Of a stretch of 64,000 nt of DNA, positions 24,401 through 34,275 are shown in pieces; position 1 is the first letter of the stretch; each line of letters starts with the position of its first letter. Position numbers and translations under genes: made by a program. The notes below the pieces were generated by a model. That model had not been told where the DNA came from and made no database searches. It saw nothing but the letters and a program-made list of their open reading frames with translations. This DNA is from Eledone cirrhosa (Eukaryota), in NCBI GenBank assembly GCA_964016885.1, contig OZ024741.1, forward strand, positions 160,890,001-160,954,000. The letters are read 5' to 3'.

Positions 24401-27400
24401 ATAGGCCAAAAGTGAGGTTATATTCTTTCTTATAGGATATTGAAATGAATAAGCATGTAAGTGTAAACATCATTCAAATCTATTGATTGTTAATCTTATG
24501 TAAGCCTCACTAATTGAAGATGTATCAACATTACATTTATAAACGATGTTATTAAATAAACATTTTGCTGCTAAAGGGCAGTTGTCCCTATTGATGCAAT
24601 TACAACTAGAACTAATTCCAGGATTGTCTCTATTTCTATGGTTAGATAGTTTGGCAATATTAGATGAGGTAATTTTATGTGTGAGGTTGGATGTAGTAAA
24701 GTATGATATTTTGACTGTGTTTCTATTGAATATTATGCTAGAGGGAAATGTTTCCTAATTAATGTAAGAAACATTTTAGCTATTGGTGTGGCCACCTCCA
24801 TAATATATGGTAGGTTCTACCATGTGATATGTATAATTCAATTTTCCTAATTCTATGCTCATATTTAGTGTATTCTACCTTTACTAGAAATCTGCTACTA
24901 GCCAGAGCTTCATTATTGTATGTGGAATGGTCAGTGAAAATTTGTTTGTTTGTTGATAAACTGGAAAGCCTCAGTGATACATTCTTGACTAGGTTTTTAG
25001 TTATACTGGTTGGATGGTTAGAAGATTTACTAATGTAATTTAAATACTTGTAGGGTTTTCTATATGGGTAATACAGGCGATTTGACATAAGGTGGCTGCA
25101 GCCTGATGATGTCTGTCTTCCCCATACCAGTAATTGGTATAAGTCGGTGGTCGATTTACCGAGAGGTGGGGACATAATTGATAGAACATGCATGATTTAG
25201 CTTACAGTGGTATGGTTTCGATGTCTGAGGTTGAGTGTAGTTGTATGGTTTATGTTTGCTTGGGTTTGAGGTTGGCATTGATTTAATCTAGATGTGTTTC
25301 AAGTTGGGGCAATCAATGGTTGTAGGCACAGACACACACACACATATATATAAAATAGTGTGTTATTCGAAGACTGCAACAATGCAAGATGGATGGTAGA
25401 TTTTGGAATAAATGGAAGACAATGAAGATATTGGTGTGTTGCCCCTCTCCCCTCCTTACATGGCATCTGAAGCATCTATGTTTTATTTTCTGCCAAATAT
25501 ATTGAATTGAATTGAATTCACCTGTTCTAATATTTCAGGTCTAAAAACCCTTCATCAGAAAACTATGAGAAACAGGCTCAGAGTTTTCTTACTTCTGTTG
25601 TTCAGAGGATTGCCATTTTTCCTTTGTTTGTTTACAATGATCTATTTATAGCTGCTGGAAAGAATGAGTGAGTGATGTCGTCTGTGAACTGACTTGTATA
25701 TAATGTGTGTGTAGGTGTGCATGTTCCTGTCAAATATTGTGTGCTTTTGTTAATTATTAATGTCAAATTTTTTAATGTAAATAATGTATCAAGTTGCAAT
25801 AGTTTGGATAATTTAGCGATTCTAGATTAAGTTATGTGTTAGGACTGTATATGAATGCATGTATATGTCAAATGTGTGTTTAGTTGTAATTGCCTGATAG
25901 AGTTGCCTATTACACATGTCTGTATTATGTCAGAGGTTATGTGTGGGTGCTTTTATGTTAAGTATTGCATGCTAAGTTCAAATCTGTTGTTGATTTGTGG
26001 GTTAAGCTTAGCTATTAATATTCCTTCTTTGATACTAAGGTTGCCTAAGTTGCACTCCTTGGCTTCAATAGTAACTATTATGACTTTGTTATTGTTTTTG
26101 CATTTGTCTAAGTATTTCCTGAAGGAGAATGTTCTTTAATGCAGATGGGAAGAGGTCTAATTGTACTACCGATGTAAAAGTCCCTGTATTTGTCACATTG
26201 AATGTGGTACATTAAATATGCTCAGTGGTACATACCTGTGTCATGAATGAGGCAGTTTGCCAGTGTGCATTGGCTGTTGTTGTCCCTGGATTGTTTTTTT
26301 TATAGGTGTCCTCATAGTAAAGTAGTAAAGGGCCAGAGTGGGCTAGTTGTATATCATACAATTAGCCCATTCCAGCCCGTCACACACACACACATGTCTA
26401 TATATATATGTATCATCATCATTTCATTTTACATCCACTTTTTTCCTGCTTGCAAGGGTGGGACGGGAACTGATTCTGGCTTGATTTCTACAGCTGGATG
26501 CCCTTCCTAACACCAACCTTATTTACAGTGAGTGCTGGGTGCGTTTTTGCCATGACACCTCCACGACCACTTTGCAGTGGAATGATAGGGACCCCAGTCC
26601 CTATCATCTCATTTCTACAGCTATATATATATATATATATCTGTTCCCTATTTGGTGAGCTGTTTAATATGTCGAGAGGCTGGACTGCTATTTCTAGTGG
26701 ACGAGAACCCTTTCATGTCATTGTGGATGCTAAATTCATATATTGATACCATGTGCATTTCGTCACTGTCAACCCTGAATTGACTGAGATTGGGTAATTT
26801 TAAAACTCCCTCACTGACGATCTGTTTCAAAATACCTAATTTCGCTGTTATTCGGTGAAATGTATTCTGATTTTATGGAGAATACATGCGAGGGAAATAT
26901 ATTGAACGTTATCAGGTATTTTGCTTTAACGTTTTATTAATTTTAATAAGATACTCAACGAATTATGTAATCTTACATTTAGTGCAGATTGTCTCTAGTT
27001 TTGAAGCTTTGATATATCTTAATGCACGCTTATGTGTGTATGAATATATTTCATTAACTTTCTTATAATGATATATATATATATAAAGTTAACTTGCCTA
27101 AGACTAAAGTTCTAGTATGTAGGAAGGAAAATAGGGCTCAGGTCCCCTCTGGGAAATGGCCATGCTCAGTGTGTAGGAAAGGAGTAGGCAGAAATTCCAT
27201 TTTATGTCCCAAATGCAAAGTATGGGTGCATAAAAGATGTAGTGGGATCACAGGTAAGCTATCTAAGAACGTAGATTTTATATGTGGCCGGTGCTCAGGT
27301 GCAATAAGTAGCAAGCGACCACAGGATACTAGCTCCTTCTATTGTCCAGATGGCTCTATAGAAATAGTGGATACCTTCCGTTACCTGGGAGACAAAATCA

Positions 27401-30317
27401 GCGGTGGAGGGTGCTCAGAAAGTACTGTAGCTAGAGTCAGAACGGGATGGAAAAAGTTCAGAGAGCTTATATCACTACTGGCCGCTAAAGGTTTCTCTCT
27501 AAAAATGAAAGGCAGACTGTATGATGCTTGCATACGAACAGCAATGTTACTTGGCAGTGAGACATGGGCATTGTGTGCAGAAGATCTACACAGACTGGAG
27601 AGGAACGAAGCTTGCATGCTCCGTTGGATGTGTAATAGTAATATACGTGAACGGCAAAGCATAAAGGAACTAAGTGAGAAATTAGGTATAAGAGGGATCA
27701 GATGCTGTTTACTCGAGAGAAGACTACCTTGGTATGGTCACCTGATGCGCATGAAAGACGACAGCTGTATAAAAAAGTGCAGGGTGATCAAAATTGACGG
27801 AAGTTACGGAGTAGGCAGACCCAGAAAAACCTAGGACGATTTGATAAATTCCGACCTTACACAGTTACACCTCTCTAAGACAATGTCGCTGGACCGAAAT
27901 CTTTGGCGCTATGCAGTAATACAGAAAACCCGCATTGTCTAAGTACAAAGCGAAACCTACAGTCAAATTTTCAGATTTTCATAATTATATTATTTAGGAA
28001 ATATTTTTTAATTCAATATATATGCAAAGATGATTAATTATGCATCATCTCATTTTTTAGGTGCTTTTGAAATCACTGTCAATGATACATTAGCCTTCTC
28101 TCGTATAGAGTCTGGAAATCACACTGATCATGATACAGTAAGTATTTTACATTTGAATTTACTTTTTATTATTTTCTGTTTTAAATGTGCATTTGAATCT
28201 AATATAATTTACCTCCTCCTCCTCCTCCTTCTTTTTCTTCTTTTTCTTTTTCTTTTTCACTGGATCCCCAAGTGTGGCCAGCCGAGCTCATGGATGTTAT
28301 CCAACCATCTTGCACAGAGTCTACCCCTGGGTCTTTGGTTTTGCCTGTAAATGCGATTCTTTCCTGAGGCATTCTAACCATATGCCCATAGTATTGGAAC
28401 TGTGATCTCTCAATTAGGAGAAGTAGTGGCTCTACTTGGAGTGACTCTCTGATCACTGAGCTACACACTTTATTGAGTAACATTACTCAAAAGTCACTTC
28501 AGAGGAACCCCATTTCAGCTGCTGTATTTGTAATTGTATTCTTTCAGTCATTACCCAAGATTCTCTACCTGCTTCAGTGGAACCCCATTCACATATAGCA
28601 TGCATTACACAGGCTTCCTTAAGAGGACGAGTGTCTCAGGTTTTGCAGCACTGATTTTTATTCCAGCAAACATATTAAGTGCAAGTCGAAGATCATCTTC
28701 TGTCGAGTTGTGTAACACCATGTTGTCTGCAAATTCCAGCCAACAGATTTTACACCCGCCAGTCATGATACCACATCCAATCCAGCTGCGCATGTCAATC
28801 CTCTTCAAGTAAATAATGAACAGGAGAGGTGACAATACACACTCTTGGCAGAGTCTGACTCTCACATTGAATAGCTGCGATTTAGCACTGTTTGCTCCTT
28901 CCTGTGGTCAGACTAAAGCAATTAGAGCAACTGTGCTAGAGAACATTTGGGATCCTCAACATCTGCTCACAAGAAACATAATGTAAGAACCTTAAACGTA
29001 TATGAATGTACTAAAATTCCAACATCAATCGATGCCAACCTCGAAATAGTGGTGACGACTAAAGAAAATGAAATATATTTAATAACAATCATAATATTCT
29101 AAATTTATCATGTTTCACAGCCATGATTTAATATATATTTATATGTGATGGGGCCTCCTCGATTATGTGTCCTTGAGCTGTAACTCATCTTAGCATATAT
29201 TTAAATCTGGTATTTATTATAATCAGCGAGTTCAAATCCCGCCGAGGTTAACTTTGCCTTTCATCCTTACGGGGTCGATAAAATAAAGTACCAGTAATGC
29301 ACTGGGTAATTGCTGGCCTTGTGCAAAAAGTAGAAACAATTATAGTCAGCTGTTCCTCAGAAAATCATCAGTTTATAGCTCAGTGAGCTATCTTGTTTAG
29401 ATAGAAATATCTGATACTACAATGAATTAAAAATAACAATACATAGAATGTGGGTCATCATGACTCAGCCAGCAGTGACAGGTATTAGTTGTATATATAT
29501 ATTACTGCACTTAACTAGAGGTGGTGAATTAGCAGAGTCATGAGAACAGTTGAATAGAATGCTTTGTGGTATTCATTCTGGCTCTCTGCTCTCAAATCCT
29601 GCTAAGGTCAACTTTGTTTTTCATCCTTTTGAGAACAATAAAGAAAGTAACAACCCATTACTGGGGTACATTCTTACTTTTTATCACCTTTTCACTTCTC
29701 TGTCACTCTCTCTCTCCTTCTCTGAAAGAAATAAGCTTTTTTTAAGACCTGGAAAGGGGATGGGTTCCACCAGATTTAAAAGGCTCAAGACATGCTGTAT
29801 GTCACTATGACACTCTTACTATTCTATCAGAATTTACAGGTCCATCCATACCTTATTCCACAAAACTATTGTTATGTCTTATAATATTTTGTAATGATCC
29901 TGTAAGGTTTTTCCTCTCTTTTCTATATAAATTATATTTATTTGTGTGCATTCTGTTAAAAATTAAACTTTTTCAATATCTTCATGTATAGTAAACTCAT
30001 ATTATAAAATACTCACAACTATGTATGTTTATTATGCATAAACATATTATATAGAGACACATATACAAAATATTTAAGAATTTAATAAAATCTTTTATTA
30101 TATATTTCAATGGAAGTATTTTTTCTCTTTTTCTGCAAGCAGGGAAAAGCGGACGTAAATTGAAAAAAAAAAAATGATTACAAACTCTTTAATAAGTGAC
30201 AAATACTTTGAAGAAATATTCAATTTTTGATATTTATTATAAATGTCTATTGTAGTACTTTTTTTCTTTTAACAGGTTATAAGTTTTTTACGTGGTATCC
30301 TGGCAGAAAATAACTAA
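15872..30317 (+). CDS. SELENOW2: Rdx-family selenoprotein (SelW2/MIEN1/SELENOW-like), 86 aa, 4 coding exons: join(15872-15912,22848-22948,28061-28137,30276-30317); Sec TGA at 22855-22857
   Basis: GT-AG exons with compatible phases (2,1,0) total 261 nt and give MSEKKKICVVIEYCQGUGGQRTMESLRDEILKNVSEAEVKTIVSSRKGAFEITVNDTLAFSRIESGNHTDHDTVISFLRGILAENN*. It has the IEYC-x-x-U and GAFEI.VN...FS Rdx motifs and a downstream SECIS. The exact orthologue name is tentative. Confidence 0.88.
16625..16880 (-). mobile_element. RTE-tailed SINE fragment with 48-bp internal unit
   Basis: (CAT)n tail, GCTAGCATGGGTTAGA, CTGGATGCCCTTCCTAAC and CAGTGAGTGCTGGGTGCTTTT. Confidence 0.7.
16990..17040 (-). ncRNA. Degenerate hammerhead motif (family shared with 50165-50216)
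   Basis: Minus strand reads TTGATGA-TTTC TTCT GAAT-GAAA-CAG...CTG-TA-GAAGCC. The first core base is C>T. Confidence 0.5.
17240..17587 (-). mobile_element. Full-length tRNA-derived SINE with RTE-type 3' tail
   Basis: Minus strand: GGCACATGGCTTAGTGGTTAGAGC (A-box), GAGTTCAATTC (B-box), CCTTGAGCAAGACACTT body, one 48-bp unit and the GCAAGCAGGGAAAAAGCGGAC...(GAT)n tail. Confidence 0.85.
18355..18438. repeat. Compound (CA)n(TA)n microsatellite
   Basis: Directly visible. Confidence 0.95.
18438..18645 (+). mobile_element. RTE 3' fragment (same family as 27090-27940)
   Basis: MRMKDDSCIKRCRALEVDGNCGVERPKMTWDEVIKADL. Confidence 0.8.
18964..19242. repeat. 48-bp minisatellite (~6 copies) amplified from a SINE-internal unit
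   Basis: Unit AGGTGTCACAACAAAAAGCACCCAGCCCACACTGTAAAGTGGTYGCRT, followed by the SINE tail GTTAGGAGGGGCATCCAGCT. Confidence 0.9.
19264..19383. repeat. Near-perfect 120-bp palindrome
   Basis: 59-bp arms with a 2-nt loop and about 2 mismatches. Confidence 0.9.
20267..20435. mobile_element. pogo/Tigger-like MITE
   Basis: TA|CTGTATTTCCTGGCATCAAAGATGC ... GCATCTTTGGCGCCAGGAAATACGA|TA, giving TIRs with a TA TSD. Confidence 0.75.
21290..21850 (-). mobile_element. CRE-like RLE 3' fragment
   Basis: GNGKRPDSLIIF..DKPLIWDVTLCDTF...KLSKYQ...PEAVETSG...WPFQCISLTIPHGN. Confidence 0.75.
22848..22948 (+). CDS. Selenoprotein exon containing the Sec codon (C|QGUGGQRTMESLRDEILKNVSEAEVKTIVSSRK|G)
   Basis: Acceptor ttttgtcttatag|C CAA GGA TGA GGT. 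Donor AAAG|gtatga. 101 nt, phase 2 to phase 1. Confidence 0.88.
23930..24300 (+). mobile_element. RTE (Expander/Rex3-like) 3' fragment
   Basis: MGFLRRVFRVTLLNRVHSLEIRESLQVE..IERSQLRYYGYVVRM...GRRPRVR..RWLD. Related copies at 28260-28900 (-) and 63440-63760 (+). Confidence 0.8.
24440..25330 (-). mobile_element. Penelope-like RT C-terminal/linker fragment
   Basis: YYPYRKP..LNYISKSSNHPTSITKNLVKNVSLRLSSLSTNKQIF, then CNCINRDNCPLAAKCL..NIVY (pre-GIY-YIG Cys motif). Confidence 0.8.
25500..26385 (-). mobile_element. Penelope-like 3' end: GIY-YIG remnant plus pLTR
   Basis: About 26130-26210 translates HIQCDKYRDFYIGSTIRPL..IKEH. A hammerhead lies at 25522-25563. Confidence 0.7.
25522..25563 (-). ncRNA. 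Minimal type I hammerhead ribozyme (Penelope pLTR)
   Basis: Minus strand reads GTTTT-CTGATGA-AGG GTTTTTAGA CCT-GAAA-TAT-TA-GAAC. Confidence 0.75.
27088..27940 (+). mobile_element. RTE LINE 3' part with an internal PHD-type zinc finger
   Basis: KTKVL...WPCSVCRKGVGRNSILCPKCKVWVHKRCSGI...FICGRC (C4HC3), FRYLGD, KGRLYDACIRTAMLLGSETW, WYGHLMRM and GRPRKT. Confidence 0.9.
28061..28137 (+). CDS. Selenoprotein exon (G|AFEITVNDTLAFSRIESGNHTDHDT)
   Basis: Acceptor ctcattttttag|GT GCT TTT GAA. Donor ACA|gtaagt. 77 nt, phase 1 to phase 0. Confidence 0.9.
28260..28900 (-). mobile_element. RTE (Expander-like) fragment
   Basis: LCQECVLSPLLFIIY...LEFADNMVL (RT) and IRESLQVEPLLLLIERSQ..YYGHMVRM. Confidence 0.8.
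30276..30317 (+). CDS. Selenoprotein last coding exon (VISFLRGILAENN*)
   Basis: Strong acceptor tttttttcttttaacag|GTT in phase 0. Encodes an amphipathic C-terminal helix. TAA at 30315-30317. Confidence 0.78.
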   Translation, partial: VISFLRGILAENN

Positions 30318-30838
30318 CTCAAGCTGTTCAACTCCATAAACTAATTTATCTACAAGAAACTGCTGCAATTATGTTAAAGCTTAAACACTCTGAAAATAAA
30401 TTTGCTTCTTCCTTTCTAAATTAATATATATACTCAGGACACAGATATACAGAATGAAAGAAAGAGGTAGTAAAAACCTGTGAGTTAAGGGTTGAAACAC
30501 TTGCATGAGATGATTTCTTCTCTGAAGACCTTCAGCTCTCCAGCTCTCTCTAGAGTTTCTTGCTACTTGCTTCTTTCTTTCTAAGTTAATATAAGACAGT
30601 ATATAGATAAATATACACAAAGAGGTATGAGTTCAATTATAAGGGATAGAACACATACCTCTATGTGTATTTTTCTCTATATACTGTCTTATAAAGAGCC
30701 AAGAATGTATTCCTTGAGCTCATTAAATTACAGGGGATTTACGTGAGTCTAACTCCGTTTTTTAATTTAATATATATATTAAAGGCCTTGACTACCATAT
30801 TTCTTATCTAAATCCTTATAGCATGATAAATACTGTGA

Positions 30839-31150
30839 GGACAGTGGATTGACAGTGTTATTAGAGCACTGGACAAAATGCTTTGTGGTATTTAGTTACA
30901 TCCTTTATATTCTGACTTCCAATCCTGTCATGGTCAACTTTGCCTTTCTTCCCTCAAGGTGTCAATAAAATAAAGTACCAGTAAAGTACTGGGATCAATA
31001 TAATCATCTTCCCATCTACAAATTGTTGCTTTGAGGGAAGAAAGGCAAAGTTAACTGTGACAGGATTGGAAGTCAGAACATAAAGGGATGTAACTAATTA
31101 TCGCAAAGCATTTTGTCCAATGCTCTAATAACGCTGTCAATCCACTGTCC
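30839..31150. mobile_element. Deu/Nin-like SINE plus inverted partial duplicate
   Basis: 30839-30957 is the imperfect reverse complement of 31031-31150. Confidence 0.85.
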
Positions 31151-31270
31151 TACCAGTATCTATTATAATAGGTGTAACGCTGTCAATCCACTGTCCTACC
31201 AGTATCTATTATAATAGGTGTAACGCTGTCAATCCACTGTCCTACCAGTATCTATTATAATAGGTGTAAC
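31129..31270. repeat. 3x perfect 46-bp tandem repeat
   Basis: Unit TAACGCTGTCAATCCACTGTCCTACCAGTATCTATTATAATAGGTG. Confidence 0.95.
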
Positions 31271-31964
31271 TTGGAAATTTCCATTCACTGCATCCTATAT
31301 GTTGTTCCTTTACTGTTCAACAGAAAAATATCACTCTACCAATGGTGTGTTCTGATTACAGTCTAATTTCATAATGAGCTTTTAATAGGGTTTACACATG
31401 TGTGTCTTTGTGGATGTGATGGGGGTCTCCTTTTTTTCTGTTCGTTTCTCACTTTCTCTTCTTTGCTTCTTTCTTTTCCCTCACTCACTTTCATTGATTC
31501 CTCCTACTTCCCCTCTATATATATCTTTATTTCTCCCTACACCCTCTTTCACTCAATATATCCTCTCTCCTTCTCTATATATATCCTTGTCTCTTTCTCA
31601 TTCAAATATCCTCTCTCTTTACTCCCTCATCCAATGTTTTTTCTCTCCCTCCTCACCCACTTTGGGGGTTTGTGAAAAAATAATGAGTTGGGGTCCCACA
31701 GGATTTGTCACTAGGGCTTGACAGTTCTTCATGATATTCTAAAGCTTCTATTTTTAAAAATGATAATTTCTTTAATAAGGAAAAAGTGTGTACACATATA
31801 GTCTTTCTATTATCCAATTTAAGAGGAATATTTGGGGTTTATATTTGGAAATTGATAGTCAAAGCTGAATTCTAATCTTCCAGTTCTTTCTCTGCATTAC
31901 AATTGTTAAACTAAAAAAAAACCCTCTTTATTGCTTGCTTTGAAACTTTTCACTTGGCTTTCTT

Positions 31965-32043
31965 ACTGGATATTTCTGTTGATGAAAACACTGATCTAAA
32001 CTTGTATCGATCAGAGTTGGATAAATTTTGTGGAATATCCAGT
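31965..32043 (+). promoter_or_regulatory. Eukaryotic SECIS element (type I)
   Basis: Helix I ACTGGATATTTC/GGAATATCCAGT. Core ATGAA (31982-86) / GGAT (32019-22). Helix II AACACTGATC/GATCAGAGTT. Apical loop T-AAA-CTTGTATC. Same strand as, and downstream of, the CxxU gene. Confidence 0.88.
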
Positions 32044-32989
32044 GAAAAACTTGACTGAAAAATATGTTTGGAAATTATATTTTAAAAAAATACTATTTTG
32101 TGTTTGAGTGTTGTTTTTTCAATGTTGTTTTTGTTCTACTTTCAATTACCATATTATACATTTATTTTTCTGTTTTGACATGGGTAGTATTCGTTTGTAA
32201 ATTTACATATCTTTACTTATAGAATTCCTTAGTGTTGATAAGTTTGTAAAAACCTTAGTTAATGATCTCAGGTTTTATTCCCTTTTGCAGCTATATTTAA
32301 TATAGTATATCATCACCATTACCATCATCATCATCATCACCATCTTAGGTCTATTTCCTTGTTTGCAGGGGTTAAATGGGTTGTCATGTTTTGTGGCTAG
32401 ACAGGTTAGATGACTCATGTTCCATTCTGGTATGGTTCCTATGATTGTATGCTCTCCCTAACACCAAACAGTTCATGGTGTGCACTGAGTGTATTTTATC
32501 ATGGTACAACCACTTTATAGAATGGTGTATTTTATTGTGGCTCTAGTGCTACCACTTTACTGCGTGGACTGATTGCAATTTATTGTGGCACAATTTATAT
32601 ATATATATGTGTATATATGTATAACTTTGATAGGTTTTAGCCAGTATTGGCCAAGGCCATGTCTAACTTTCTAGCACCATCTGGCAAAGTCTTTTAAATC
32701 ATACTTCACACTTTAGTCAGGCTTTGGACATGTTGGTGAAGACATATCTGGAATTTTTTTGAGGAATTTGTCCAGGGACCTTCTCTATTTTATGGGATTT
32801 TTTTTGTCTTGATGTATTTTTGTCTTTATACCAAATCTGGTTTCCCACTCCCTTAATGTTGTTCCCACGACAAAAAGCACTTTGTCCACCCAGTCTGGCA
32901 CCACAACAGCTAAAGAACCCAATCAATCTGTGTGTCATACTGATAACATGAAAAGAGGCAGCACCAAATGCACTCTATAAGATGATTAT

Positions 32990-33620
32990 GCAGGTAACAT
33001 GACAGGAGACCTCCAGTCCATTCTGTATAGAAGTCACGCTGGTGACATGGAAAAAAAACACTCTGTACACCTTGTAAGGTGGTTGTGCAAGTGACACATC
33101 AAAAAGTGCCCAGTCAACTCTGTAAGGTGGTCGTGTTGGTGACACAACAAAAAAAGCACCCAGTTCACCTTGTAAGGTAGTCATGCTGGTGATATGACAA
33201 AAAAGCACCCAGTCCACTTTGTAAGGTAGTCATGCTGGTGACACAACAAAAAGCACCCTGTCCACCCTGTAAAGTGGTCATGCTGGTGACACAACTAAAA
33301 GCACCCTGTCCACCATGTAAGGTTGACATGCTGGTGACATGAATAAAAATTGTCCAGTCCACCCTGTGAGGTGGTTGTGCTGTTGATATGACAAAGAAGC
33401 ACCCAGTCCACCTTGTAAGGTGGTTGTGCTGGTGACATGATAAAAATCACCCAGTCCACACTGTAATGTGGTTGGGGTTTGGAAGGGCATCCAGCTGTAG
33501 ACACCAAGCCAAAATACAGGTCTGTATGAGTATGATGTAGTCTTCTGACTTGATTTGTCTTATAACACGATGACACTGTCTAACCCATGCAAGTATGGAA
33601 AATGGATGTTAAACGATGAA
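32990..33620 (+). repeat. Diverged ~48-bp minisatellite (~10 units) ending in an RTE-type SINE tail
   Basis: Units like GGTGACAYRACAAAAAGCACCCAGTCCACCTTGTAAGGTGGTCATGCT, then GGAAGGGCATCCAGCTGTAGA...AACCCATGCAAGTATGGAAAATGGA. Confidence 0.85.
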
Positions 33621-33679
33621 GATAATAAGGATTAGAAAGCAGAGCCAATTGAGGTGAAATAGTTGTGTTGTAATGTTTT

Positions 33680-34275
33680 GTAATATGAGATCTATTTTTG
33701 TATGGGGCAGATAGCATGTGTACCAAACCATGAATGGATTTTAAAGTTGATGTCAACATTATTTGGGCAATATTGATGGAACATCTTCCACATCCTACAA
33801 ATGATGTTGTGCTTGCAGCATCATTGGAAAGAATAGAGTTTTTCCAGTAGACAAGACTTCTCATTCCATCTATCTTTTTAGTAATTGACCTCTGGGATGC
33901 TTCAATTTTAATAATACTTTGTTTCATGTGGGAAGATCACAGCAAAGGTAGAGAAGAGAAGGATAATGGTGTGAATATCTCTAGACTGGAAAGATCTAAG
34001 AAGCCAGAACACATCCTGTGGGACATATCAGCATTGTTGTTTATGTGGGTACTCCAATTTAAGTTGTTATCAGTAGTTACTCCAAGGTCTCTAGTGTTGT
34101 TGGTTGAAATATGCATTTCTTCTAAGGGAGGAAAATATGGCAACTTAAATGTATTCTCTTTTCCAATGTGGATTAGCTCAAATTAATCCTCATATTGTTT
34201 TATTTTTTGCCCATGGAATAATAGCAAGCAGATCTGCTTGAAAGCATGTCCGGTCTCCCACTCCAACGATGACCT
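33680..34275 (-). mobile_element. CR1/L2-type LINE fragment, highly decayed
   Basis: FELIHIG and TRDLGVTTDNNLNWSTHIN motifs. Confidence 0.6.

Noticed and set aside
26810-26870. Additional hammerhead (CTGACGA...GAAA); similar weak cases near 6700-6745 and 30520
   Set aside because: Stem pairing or core is too degenerate to support a call.
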